This document shows, piece by piece, positions 1 through 9,479 of a stretch of 64,000 bases of DNA. Source of the stretch: Halocafeteria seosinensis. Taxonomy: Eukaryota. The stretch's first letter is position 1, and the number at the start of each line of letters is the position of its first letter. The notes below the pieces were generated by a model, which was not told the origin of the DNA, made no database searches, and saw only the letters and a list, made by a program, of their open reading frames with translations. Where the stretch lies: assembly GCA_001687465.1 (NCBI GenBank), contig LVLI01000549.1:1-64000 (forward strand), written 5' to 3'. The position numbers were made by a program, and so were the translations under genes.

Positions 1-788
1 GGGTGGATCTGTCTTTTTTACTTCTCTTATTCGAAAAATCTCTTCACTCCAATTTTGACTTACTTCTTTCTCAAACTTCCCTTTAACTCTGCTAATTCTT
101 ACATTTGTCCCAACCTTAAATTTGGGTTTGGTGTTCATATTCTTGTTCCAAAAGAATTCAACTGGTTTCGCTTCTGCCTCTTGGTTATATACTTCTATGG
201 GCTTCGCTTCTATTGAACTATGTTTTGTATTGTTTATTCTTTAATTATTTGTGGTAAAACATCAATCCATTTAAGTGTTTGTTTGCTATCAAAGTGAAGT
301 TGTAATTTCTTGCGTAGACTTCTATTAAATCGTTCAATTACCGATGCTTTATGTTCCGAAAATGTGTGATATGTTTTGATCCCTAAAGATTTGAGAAGTG
401 CTTGAACGTTTTTGGCTGTGAATTCTTTGCCCTGATCTGTCCACAAAAATCTGGGTCTTTTATTTTCTGGTATCTTTTCAAAGAATACTTCCAAATTTGC
501 CCTAACATTTCCGCTTACTTTATTCTTTAAGGGTATTGCCCAAACTCTTCGGCTATGAAGTTCCATAATGTTCAAAATATATCTAAAGTCTTTATTAGCT
601 CTTATCATGCTAGGGTTATTTTTCGTTTGCGTTTTGAATTCTTTTGAACGAGTTTCACCCGTTCCCATCTCCAATAAATCAGCAGTGTGAATATTGTATA
701 AACCTCCTGAAATAATCTTTCTTCTCCTAAAATTTCTTTGAACTTGTTTGTTAACTTCCTTGGCTCGTTGTTGTAAAAAGTCACTCAT
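1..788 (-). pseudogene. Polinton rve (DDE) integrase with a 1-nt frameshift at ~234-236; 3' end runs off the window
   Basis: Catalytic motifs TADLLEM, LWTDQGKEF and ASVIERFNRSLR are present. After GAA TA- the frame resumes as NNTKHSSIEAKP...PKFKVGTNVRISRVKGKFEKEVSQNWSEEIFRI, the typical Polinton integrase C-terminal region. Confidence 0.9.
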
Positions 789-891
789 ATACTTTTATAC
801 TCTTTTGGTAAAAAAATACTTTTTAGGAAAAAGTAAAATCAAAAAAGGTTCTTTTGTGTCTACTTTTCTTTTCAAGAAAAGAGAAATATAT

Positions 892-1485
892 TCAAAAAAA
901 CTTAAGCTCGATCCTTTTCCCATTATCTAATTTCACTGTTTTTGATATTGCTTCTATTGCTTCTCTTTTTTCAAATTCTTTTTGTTTTTTTTCAAATTCT
1001 TTTTGTTTTATCTCCCCTCTTGTTTCTGGTAAAACTTTCCTGTTTTTAGGATNTTCATAATTTTTAANCTCAATGTCGTCAAATGGACATTTATCCAGTT
1101 CTTTAAAGCAATCTAAGCATAATAAATGACTCTCATGACATCCTAACTTTTTAACTTTTTTATTATCTAAGCATATACAACAAACATCATTACTATCTTC
1201 TAACCCTGTAAATTCTATGCTTTTCAAGTTTCTAAATATCATTGCGTTAACTTTAGCACGAAATGATGGACACCAATTTTCTTCAAAATTTATATCTTTG
1301 TTATCTTTTTCATCAATTTTAATATTATCAATGTATATTTCCTTACTTTCTGGTAAATTTACCCAATTTAAGACGCTTATAATAGAAAAATCCTTAATAG
1401 TGTTATCTAATAAACAAATCAATGTTTCATTTCCTAATATGTGCAATTGTGCTTCTAGTTCGGTAGTTTTAACATTATCTATCAT
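892..1485 (-). CDS. RING-finger protein (C3HC3D-type), paralog 2; putative E3 ligase
   Basis: CCICLD-x-CHESHLLCLDC-x-CPFD. It aligns along its length with 1736-2410 and contains two N bases. Confidence 0.8.
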   Translation of the reverse strand: MIDNVKTTELEAQLHILGNETLICLLDNTIKDFSIISVLNWVNLPESKEIYIDNIKIDEKDNKDINFEENWCPSFRAKVNAMIFRNLKSIEFTGLEDSNDVCCICLDNKKVKKLGCHESHLLCLDCFKELDKCPFDDIEXKNYEXPKNRKVLPETRGEIKQKEFEKKQKEFEKREAIEAISKTVKLDNGKRIELKFF

Positions 1486-1527
1486 TTCCTTCTATATTTA
1501 TATTCATTTTTTTATTTTAAATAGTTA

Positions 1528-1692
1528 TTAATCTTCGCCATAGACTAAGTTTCTCATAATCTCAGCCACCCAATTATCACGATCAGCTGTAAAAATATTG
1601 TATAGACCTCCTGAAATTATCTTTCTTCTCCTAAAATTTCTTTGAACTGGCTTATTAATTTCTTTCGCTCGTTGTTGTAAAAAATCACTCAT
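1528..1692 (-). other. 54-codon in-frame chimeric mini-ORF: integrase N-terminus fused to the C-terminus of the 2487-2858 ORF (recombination scar)
   Basis: Translates MSDFLQQRAKEINKPVQRNFRRRKIISGGLYNIFTAD-RDNWVAEIMRNLVYGED*. The first part is a diverged copy of ~680-788, and 1528-1585 is identical to 2487-2544. Confidence 0.85.
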
Positions 1693-1735
1693 ATACTTTT
1701 ATACCCTTTTGGATAAAAATATATTTTTCTTATCA

Positions 1736-2410
1736 TTAAAATGGAAAAACATTTATATTATTTGATGTTTTCCCACTTAACCTTTTTTCACGTATATGTT
1801 TTAAGACTTTCCTTTTTAAAATCGCTCTAAATTCAAAAAATCTTTCTCTTTTTTCTTTTCCTGTTTCTTGTAAAACTTTCCTGTTATTAGGATCTTCATA
1901 ATTTTTAATTTTAGTATCATCAAAAGGGCATTTATCTATCTCTTCAAAGCAATCTAAACATAATAAATGACTTTCATGGCACTCCAATTTTTTAACTTGC
2001 TCATTTCCGAAGCATATACAACAAACATCGTCACCATCTTTTAAGCTCGTTAATTCTATAACTTTTAAATTATTAAATATCATTTTGTTAACAAGTACCC
2101 TAAAAGGTGGTTCATTTACGTTAAAAGCAGGGGGGAAATCCTCATCATTTATCCTAAAAGGATTTGGAAAACGATCATCATTTAAATCTATATTATCCAC
2201 TTCATTGATTTTAATATTGTCTATATATATTGTCTTCTTTTCTGGTAATTTTATCCATTCATTAACATTTAAAAAAACTATTTCCAAAATATTATTATTT
2301 ACTAAACCAATAAAAGGCTCGTTATCTATTATATGCAATTCGGCTTTTAATCCTTCACTTTTTGATATATCTGTAACACCCACAACGCTATCTATCTTTG
2401 TTGTTTCCAT
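1736..2410 (-). CDS. RING-finger protein (C3HC3D-type), paralog 1; putative E3 ligase
   Basis: CCICFG-x-CHESHLLCLDC-x-CPFD, with a shared N-terminal LHI...WI(K/N)LPE..IYIDNIKI block. Confidence 0.8.
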   Translation of the reverse strand: METTKIDSVVGVTDISKSEGLKAELHIIDNEPFIGLVNNNILEIVFLNVNEWIKLPEKKTIYIDNIKINEVDNIDLNDDRFPNPFRINDEDFPPAFNVNEPPFRVLVNKMIFNNLKVIELTSLKDGDDVCCICFGNEQVKKLECHESHLLCLDCFEEIDKCPFDDTKIKNYEDPNNRKVLQETGKEKRERFFEFRAILKRKVLKHIREKRLSGKTSNNINVFPF

Positions 2411-2486
2411 CTTTATATTATTACTAACTACTTTTAGTTCTAAGTAGTAAGATTTTACTAATTATCAATATTAGTTTTCTCCGTCC

Positions 2487-2858
2487 TTAATCTTCGCCAT
2501 AGACTAAGTTTCTCATAATCTCAGCCACCCAATTATCACGATCAAAATTATTTGCTATAAACTTGGCATAGTTAAAGTGTTTCAAATATATTTGTTTCAA
2601 AGTAAGTTTATCCTTATATTTCCCAAATGGAATAATTTGACCCGCTTTATAAAATTCATCATCTCCCACCTCTTCTATAATTTCAACGTCTTCGTCTTCA
2701 TCTTCATCAAAAAATATTTGCAAACCATCATCGGTCTTATATTTAACAAAATAATATATATGTGGGAAATCTCTGGCTAATTCTCTTATACATATACCTT
2801 TGTATTTCCCTTTACTTATTGGTGCTTCTGGTGGTGGTCTTTCTTTTACTTCGGTCAT
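2487..2858 (-). CDS. small protein with two (F)GKYK motifs (DUF3820 / exonuclease X C-terminal-like)
   Basis: ISKGKYKGICIREL and IPFGKYKDKLTLKQI are separated by an acidic linker. The ATG at 2858 is preferred over the TTG at 2873 because it sits at the usual distance from the shared upstream motif. Confidence 0.6.
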   Translation of the reverse strand: MTEVKERPPPEAPISKGKYKGICIRELARDFPHIYYFVKYKTDDGLQIFFDEDEDEDVEIIEEVGDDEFYKAGQIIPFGKYKDKLTLKQIYLKHFNYAKFIANNFDRDNWVAEIMRNLVYGED

Positions 2859-2917
2859 TATAATATTACTCAAGATAAAATTTTTAACTAGTTTTGATAT
2901 TTTCGAAATTACTTAAA

Positions 2918-3436
2918 TTAATTTTGATATTCTTGACATTTCTTTGTTCTTTGATGTCTTGGTAAGTCATTTTTTATTAACTCCGATCCACAGTGTTGAC
3001 AAATTATTTTTTGTTTCATTTTTGCAACTAAGTGTTCCTTATTGTTTTCATAGTATCGTTTTTTATATTCCTTAAAGTGTTCTTTATTTTCTTGCTTATA
3101 TTCTTTTTTATTCCTGCTAGGTATTTTCATATTTAAATTAGCTCCAAGTTGTTCAATCCAATATCTTTCTCTTCTTTCAAGCTCATATTTATCATTACAG
3201 GGATACTTTTCAATCAAAATCATGTCCCAGTTTTCCCAACCGCCTTTTTCTCTAATAAATTGGTAAACATGATAATTATAACTTTTGTGACTTTCCATAT
3301 TACAAGACATTTTGTGTGTTCGCTTTCTTTCCTTAAAATTGGTGGTTGAACCAACATAACAATTTGTTATTTCTAGATCTTTGCACACTATTTTATAAAT
3401 CATAGCATTGTTATAATCCACTTTTTTATATGGCAT
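2918..3436 (-). CDS. GIY-YIG endonuclease with C-terminal zinc finger
   Basis: MIYKIVC...CYVGSTTNFKERKRTH...LERRERYWI...LN nuclease core; C-terminal CQHC-x11-HQRTKKC. Confidence 0.9.
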   Translation of the reverse strand: MPYKKVDYNNAMIYKIVCKDLEITNCYVGSTTNFKERKRTHKMSCNMESHKSYNYHVYQFIREKGGWENWDMILIEKYPCNDKYELERRERYWIEQLGANLNMKIPSRNKKEYKQENKEHFKEYKKRYYENNKEHLVAKMKQKIICQHCGSELIKNDLPRHQRTKKCQEYQN

Positions 3437-3496
3437 CTTACTTTATAACACTTAATAACTTTTTAGTTCTAACCAGTTACTTTTTAATAATTTGGT

Positions 3497-6400
3497 CTAA
3501 TTACTATAATTTTTATAGTGACCAAGTGCCAACGTGTTAACCCCATCATCCAACACCCACCGTTTTGTGTCAATTCCATCCAAAGCACGCTTATAACTTG
3601 TTTGTTGATAAACATTAAATTTTTCGCTTGATATTTTTGTTATTTTTACGCTTTTGCTCATGTCTTCATCATTATCAGGAATCGCACATTTTAGAAAGTT
3701 TAAAAAACTCAAGTCTTTCTTTACTACTGATTTTTTCACGCCTTTGGCTTTTATCTCCTCTTCATCTTCTTCCGTTATAAAACTATACATTTTAGGTTTC
3801 AGCCCGACAAATTCACGCATAATTTTGCCTTCACATTCATCTTTCATATATCCTAATTGTTTTTTATTTTCAATACTATATAACTCTGATTCTTTTGGGT
3901 AATTTGATAAATCAAACTCGTTCTTGAATTCTTTTATATCCTCATATAAATCTTGGGTTTTAATCTCATAACATAAACTATCGGTATCAGTAAACATTAA
4001 ATTAGCATTATTCCCATATCTTGGCTTCATAATATCATAGTTAAATCGGTACATTGTTATTTTGCTTAATTCCAAAATAGCACTACCAACCGCAATAGGC
4101 TTTGTAAATTTCACACTTTCTTTTGTGTTATCTATTGCCACTAAATAATCATCTTCTATTATATTACTTGATTTAAAAGTTGGTTTATTTACATATTTTT
4201 GTGCTCTTTCTTTACTTGTGCAAAAATGTAAATTTGAATAGTTTCGAACGTTCTCCATTGTCTTACCGAAACAACTGTTACACATTAATTTGAATAAATT
4301 CTTTTCAAATTCGTCTTTTGCTAAACTTCTCAATTTTGTGTTTTTCTCTATGTATGGTTTCATAAAAGACTCCTGACGAAATTTTAAAACATTATGAACC
4401 TTTTTCAATTTCATACCATGATCCAAGTAAAATTGTAAATTATTGATATGACAAACATAATTGACCTTATCATATAAATTTGGTATTAATTTGGTTTGTT
4501 TGTCTTCTGGTTTTTTCCCAAGTTTCTCCGCTGTTTGTTTCATAAACTCCGAAAATTCTCCGGTTGTGTTTTCTGGTGCTAAGGGGTAATCACTATGAAA
4601 GTCATGGATTTCTTTGGGATATTCTAAGTCTACTTCCACAAATGCCCCATATTTCCCATTTGTATCCCATTCTTTTATATATTCAGTTGTATATTTCTCA
4701 ACATTATCCCATTCATATTCTCCAACTGGTAATTTTTGGATCATAGCCAACCCATATAAGTTATTAGCATCAACATAAAATAAATATTTTGTTTCTTGAT
4801 TTGGGTCGTAATCTTTCATATATTTATTATTTGCTTTAGCGTGCCTTTTGCTTATCATGCTCATGCCTCCACGTTTTGCACGCTCTGCAAATAATAACAT
4901 ATCATATTGATCATTATGAAATAATTCAATTTGATGTTGTTTAGTTTTTAACATTGCTTCCCATCCAAGTCCAGGAACTCCCAAATACCAACAAGGCTCA
5001 AGTTGGTAATTTAGTTTAATAACTTTTCTAAACTCGTCAAATACATCTGCTAATAATAAAACATCAGTTTTTAAATATAATTCATGATATTCTTTAAATT
5101 CTTTACAATTAAATTTTTCCCAAACTTTCAAAGCATGTTTATAATCTTCTTCGCTTATTTCCTCTTCTGTTAATTCATTATAAAATTGTCCCTTTTCTGG
5201 TAATTCATTAACATAAAAACGGTTTTCATCTCCATTCATAAACCTATACGGGTATACTCCTTTTTGTGTTAACAGTTTTATTCGTTCTTCTGTACACTTA
5301 TTAAAATGCTTTCTTAAATGATTAAACTTATCTTCTTTCTTAGTTTTCAAATTCTCAACTAAACTTTCTAATGATCCCGATACAAATGCACAAGAGTCCA
5401 TAAATCTCAACTTAGACTTTCTTGGTCCAAAACTCTTAAACTTTTCTGAATTTTCCGGAATTCCTTCCAATTCATTCTCGCTATTTCTTGCCACTTCTCT
5501 AATTAAAAACTTACTATCGTAACCGGTCATATTATGAAATAAAACGGGAATTTTCCAACCCTTATTAAAGTTCTTATTTAAATTACAAATATTATGTGAA
5601 GCTCCTCTAAATTCTCCTGTTAAATGACAATGGTCTCTAACCTTGTCTAAGTTCCCGTTTTTATCTACTCCAAATTTTTCACCACAAATATAACATTTAT
5701 CAGTATTCCAGAATTTTTTATTTTCTTCTTTTGTCAAGTTCATTTCCTCATATGTCTCATACATTTTTCTCTTCATACTTTTCTCCTTCTCAAACAACCA
5801 ATTAATATATTTTCTTATACAACTTTCTTTTTCATCATTATAAAATATTCTTAATTCCCCATTAAATTCCTCAAAGCAACTAGACACATACCCACAAATT
5901 GAATTGGGTACATGTTTATTTGTATAACCCTTATTTTTGGGATCTTCATAAGGTACTAAATTACTTTCTAAATCACTATATATAACAAATGGTAGTTCTA
6001 GTTCTTTATGATAATTTTTGAAATTTAAATAATGTTCTCCTTTTTGTGGTAACTCCGGCCTTGCTGATTCATTGTTAAAACATCCCATTTTTATATGATT
6101 TTCGTAACCTTCTTTAGTTGTTCTTTTCTCTAAACAATTGGGACAATAATAAGCTGATCTACTTCCATGTTGATTTAATACAGTACCTAATTTTTGAATA
6201 CGACACCAATGAGATATTTTCTTGCTCTCATCTGTATAAAGTAACATATTTATTTGATGTTCTGCGTCTTGCTTTTTTGATATTCTTAGCGGACTTAATT
6301 CCTTTAAATATAACCTATCTTCATGAAGCTTTTCTTCTTTTGGGTTTCTTTTCTTTTTTTCATCCTGCTTACCAAATTTAGGCATAAACGCGTTTATGCT

Positions 6401-7579
6401 TAACTGTGGGTTTTGTTTTTCTATTTTTGCTAATTCACTCACTGTTATCGGCATTGAAATACCTTTTAAACTTAATTCATTTTCAAATTTCTTATATTTG
6501 CTTACTCTTTGTTGATTTTTCTTTATTTCTGGGTGAATTGCTGAAATAATTACCCACTTCCCACAATCTCCCTCTTTTGTTCCACTCATGTTTATAATTC
6601 CCGGATTTTTCTCCAAACATTCCGGAAGTTTAACGTCTCCTTTTCCTTCAAGTGGGTTAAATTTAGTTGTTTTAATTTGCAAATTCTCAATTTTTGCTAT
6701 TACCCAACCAGATCCCCTTGACTCAAAATTATTAAAAGCTTGGATAATTTTGTTATATGACTCTTGTAACTTTAATTCAACTTCTTCTTTATTATTTATT
6801 TCAGGTGCTGAACTTTCTTTTGTACTAAAAAACCTAAAAGCTAAAGTTTCATTCGTCTCATCCGTTGGTTGTCTAAGCTTTGCTTCTAATGCTACTTGTA
6901 ATTTTATGCTTGACTTTTCTACATCCTTTTTAATTATTTCTTTCGCTTTTGGTTCTACAGTACTTAGAAACCTGTTTATATCTCTCATTTTTGGATCTGT
7001 TTTAATTGTATAAACTTGAATAATATCACTAAACTTTTCTCCTTCTTCCAAATTCACTTTAAATTGTTGTTCTTCTTCTTTCTCTGGTACTTCCTTCAGT
7101 TGCTCTTTATTTAATTTTTGTTTCTTTTCTATTCTTATTCTCGCTATTTCCCTTTTAATTTCTCTATTTTTGCTTGTTAGTGGTATCGTTGCAAATCCTT
7201 CCTTTTTCAACTCTTTTAGTTCTTTCTTTAATTCTTCCCTTCGTTTTGGTGGTTTAAATCCGCTTCTCTTTAAACTTCTAAATTTATTTGCGTTCCTTGC
7301 TAAACTTTCCTTAATGTCTGCTTTGCTTCTCGCTTTTGTGTCTCCAATACCATGTTGCAAAAAATTATTGTGCAATTGCTTTATTTGTTGAAAATTATTA
7401 GTTAATAAAACGTTTTTCGTCTCTCTTGGCATTTGTCTAAATAATTCCCTAGCCGTGTTTAATTGNTGTTCTAGTTGTTTATTGCTTAAAACTCTCAAAG
7501 AACCGCTTATAAGACCCAAGTTTTTAAATTCTCTAGCTTCAGTAATCAGTTGTCTATTTATTCCTAAACCTTCACTCAT
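3497..7579 (-). CDS. polB: protein-primed family B DNA polymerase (pPolB), 1360 aa
   Basis: Exonuclease motifs YSDLES, FHNMTGYD and YLKTDVLLL; polymerase motifs YVDANNLYG, KLMCNSCFGK and FTDTDS; endonuclease-VII-like insert DHCHLTGEFRGASHNICN typical of Polinton PolB; long N-terminal terminal-protein region. Confidence 0.97.
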   Translation of the reverse strand: MSEGLGINRQLITEAREFKNLGLISGSLRVLSNKQLEXQLNTARELFRQMPRETKNVLLTNNFQQIKQLHNNFLQHGIGDTKARSKADIKESLARNANKFRSLKRSGFKPPKRREELKKELKELKKEGFATIPLTSKNREIKREIARIRIEKKQKLNKEQLKEVPEKEEEQQFKVNLEEGEKFSDIIQVYTIKTDPKMRDINRFLSTVEPKAKEIIKKDVEKSSIKLQVALEAKLRQPTDETNETLAFRFFSTKESSAPEINNKEEVELKLQESYNKIIQAFNNFESRGSGWVIAKIENLQIKTTKFNPLEGKGDVKLPECLEKNPGIINMSGTKEGDCGKWVIISAIHPEIKKNQQRVSKYKKFENELSLKGISMPITVSELAKIEKQNPQLSINAFMPKFGKQDEKKKRNPKEEKLHEDRLYLKELSPLRISKKQDAEHQINMLLYTDESKKISHWCRIQKLGTVLNQHGSRSAYYCPNCLEKRTTKEGYENHIKMGCFNNESARPELPQKGEHYLNFKNYHKELELPFVIYSDLESNLVPYEDPKNKGYTNKHVPNSICGYVSSCFEEFNGELRIFYNDEKESCIRKYINWLFEKEKSMKRKMYETYEEMNLTKEENKKFWNTDKCYICGEKFGVDKNGNLDKVRDHCHLTGEFRGASHNICNLNKNFNKGWKIPVLFHNMTGYDSKFLIREVARNSENELEGIPENSEKFKSFGPRKSKLRFMDSCAFVSGSLESLVENLKTKKEDKFNHLRKHFNKCTEERIKLLTQKGVYPYRFMNGDENRFYVNELPEKGQFYNELTEEEISEEDYKHALKVWEKFNCKEFKEYHELYLKTDVLLLADVFDEFRKVIKLNYQLEPCWYLGVPGLGWEAMLKTKQHQIELFHNDQYDMLLFAERAKRGGMSMISKRHAKANNKYMKDYDPNQETKYLFYVDANNLYGLAMIQKLPVGEYEWDNVEKYTTEYIKEWDTNGKYGAFVEVDLEYPKEIHDFHSDYPLAPENTTGEFSEFMKQTAEKLGKKPEDKQTKLIPNLYDKVNYVCHINNLQFYLDHGMKLKKVHNVLKFRQESFMKPYIEKNTKLRSLAKDEFEKNLFKLMCNSCFGKTMENVRNYSNLHFCTSKERAQKYVNKPTFKSSNIIEDDYLVAIDNTKESVKFTKPIAVGSAILELSKITMYRFNYDIMKPRYGNNANLMFTDTDSLCYEIKTQDLYEDIKEFKNEFDLSNYPKESELYSIENKKQLGYMKDECEGKIMREFVGLKPKMYSFITEEDEEEIKAKGVKKSVVKKDLSFLNFLKCAIPDNDEDMSKSVKITKISSEKFNVYQQTSYKRALDGIDTKRWVLDDGVNTLALGHYKNYSN

Positions 7580-7602
7580 TATATACCATTACAATTTATT
7601 TT

Positions 7603-7613
7603 TTCTAAGTAGT
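7603..7613 (-). promoter_or_regulatory. shared upstream motif of element genes (coding strand ACTRNTTARAR); representative copy
   Basis: Plus-strand YTYTAANYAGT at 1515, 2438, 2882, 3467, 7603 and 7896, each about 24-31 nt upstream of an ATG. Confidence 0.7.
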
Positions 7614-7615
7614 AA

Positions 7616-7646
7616 CTAACTACTAATTGATATTATTAGTAGTTAG
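7616..7646. repeat. perfect 12-bp inverted repeat with 7-nt loop between the zinc-finger gene and polB
   Basis: CTAACTACTAAT-tgatatt-ATTAGTAGTTAG. Confidence 0.75.
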
Positions 7647-7687
7647 CTTCTATAAAAATAGATGCAACAAAGTAAAAATTAACCCAG

Positions 7688-7867
7688 CTAATCAGCTAGA
7701 TTCTTACATTTTTTCGTACGTTGATGACGCCTTAAAACTGATTGACTTACATATGTGCCACATTTATCACATTCTACCTTTTCAACCTTATACGCTCTCA
7801 ATCTGTCGCGGTTGTTATAGTAATAATCAAGCTTCCTCTTCTTTATTTCTTTATTATCTTGTGTCAT
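7688..7867 (-). CDS. 59-aa C2HC zinc-finger microprotein homologous to the GIY-YIG C-terminal tail
   Basis: Hand translation MTQDNKEIKKRKLDYYYNNRDRLRAYKVEKVECDKCGTYVSQSVLRRHQRTKKCKNLAD*. It shares RHQRTKKC with 2918-3436 and is preceded by the shared motif at 7896. Confidence 0.85.
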   Translation of the reverse strand: MTQDNKEIKKRKLDYYYNNRDRLRAYKVEKVECDKCGTYVSQSVLRRHQRTKKCKNLAD

Positions 7868-7953
7868 CTTCTTGTAATTACTACTGTTTCTTTTTCTTTA
7901 AGTAGTTACTTGAACATTTATCTGTTCAAATTACTACCACCATGTAAATATAA

Positions 7954-8097
7954 CAAACTTTTGTTTCACTTATGTCTTCCTCATAAAGCGTCAAACTTTC
8001 CTTTTACCTTCCCTGAAGCAACAAACTTTCCTTCTATCTATCCCTCTCTTACAAGTGTCAAACTTTCCTTTCAAGTTCCCTGATGCAACAAACTTTT
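7954..8097. repeat. array of five CAAACTTT motifs including a 67-bp-period direct repeat
   Basis: CAAACTTT at 7954, 7992, 8022, 8059 and 8089; GTCAAACTTTCCTTT...TTCCCTGA.GCAACAAACTTT occurs twice. Confidence 0.75.
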
Positions 8098-8332
8098 CAT
8101 TCAGTTACCGTGCCACTGTTGAAGTTGAAGAATAATGGAACATTTTGTTTGCTTCACTTCTGCAGTCTATTACCATACTGAATACTGGATTGTGCACAAT
8201 ACAACCGGTAATCATCCAAAGCATTTTTGTGTAAGAAAGCACTCTTAGTTCTATTTGCGTGAATATCTATCTTAACTGTTCATACGAAGCGTGTGCATTT
8301 ATTGTTTGCGTGCGTCAGAGTCTCAGAGAACA

Positions 8333-9239
8333 ATGGAGCATAATAACGCAACAAATAGTGTCTCTAACTCTGGAAATGATCCGACTGTGAACACTTCAGC
8401 TTCTAATAATGCTGGTGATTCGTGTAATTCTTTCTTAGGGCCTCCTGTTAACATCTCAAACCGTACTATTCCAGACAATGAAGTTGAACTTCCTGAGGAT
8501 GGTCTTGTCCTGGAAGGTGAAACTTTTACCGGACGTCAGGAACAATTATTGAATCCATCAATCGGAGCTGATTCTGTGCGTTCTCATTTCCTCACAAATG
8601 CTTCATCATTGCGTAATACAAGACCCCAAAAGGCTCGAAAAGTTGGACGTCCGACTGAAGTTGAACGCTGTGCGAACATGTTGAGCAACCTCCAAAGCAT
8701 CGAAAAGCAACTATATGAAAGCTATGAAGTTCCAACTTCTCAGCAGGGAGGTAATGCAGAGACTGTTGAACCCCTCCACCCAAAATTCTTCGAAAAAGTT
8801 CTTATGGAATGTGCACCACCTTCTCTTCTGCAAGATCTTGATGGGCTGAAGTTCTACAAGACCACTATTCAGCGTGTTTTTGACGTGCTCATTAAATTTC
8901 ATGAACTGGATCAGAAACGACGCGAATTTGGAAACAAGGCGAAGCAACGGTTTTGTGCTCCATCTACTCGAGAACGCTTTTGTCGACAACAAGAACATTA
9001 CCTTGAAGCTATGGCTTTTCTGTTGGAAAAAGTAAGTTCGCTTGACCCTCCTGTGTGACTTGTACCTATATTTTGTTATCTTGCGTTTGCAGGAGCAAAT
9101 CCTATTCCGCTTTTATTCAACTCGCTCTGGAGTTACTCTTAGCAATTGTCTTATTAAGGAGTGGTGGGACGTAGAAAGACACTCTGTGCAGAACTCAAAC
9201 TACGTTCCAGCATCTGCAGACCCAGACAGAGATTTGTAG
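8333..9239 (+). CDS. hypothetical protein in the subterminal region, one predicted intron (9032-9092)
   Basis: Long ORF from ATG 8333. A GTAAGT...TTTGCAG 61-nt phase-0 intron joins ...FLLEK to EQILFRFYSTR...DRDL*. Contains a basic RKVGRP motif; no family recognised. Confidence 0.6.
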
Positions 9240-9330
9240 TATTTTCTCTGTCCCACCACTCCCAAATGTTGACGGGTTGGATGGTCAACACGCATTGTAT
9301 GCGTTGGGTTCAACTCCCACCGTTAACATC

Positions 9331-9470
9331 TCTGGAGAACTAACAATAGTTTTCAACAAGGGAACTTCAGCGGAGTTGGTAGGCTCTGGAGAACTAACAT
9401 TAGTTTTCAACAAGGGAACTTCAGCGGAGTTTGCAGGCTCTGAAAAACTAATGTTAATTTTCAACAAGGA
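9331..9470. repeat. 54-bp tandem repeat, about 2.6 copies
   Basis: Units start at 9331, 9385 and 9439: TCTGGAGAACTAACA.TAGTTTTCAACAAGGGAACTTCAGCGGAGTT. Confidence 0.9.
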
Positions 9471-9479
9471 ACTATTTAG

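Noticed and set aside
748..7391. Plus-strand ORFs in the element (for example 1217-1531, 2085-2447, 6588-7013)
   Set aside because: Antisense shadows of the minus-strand genes, with F/S/L/I-rich composition.
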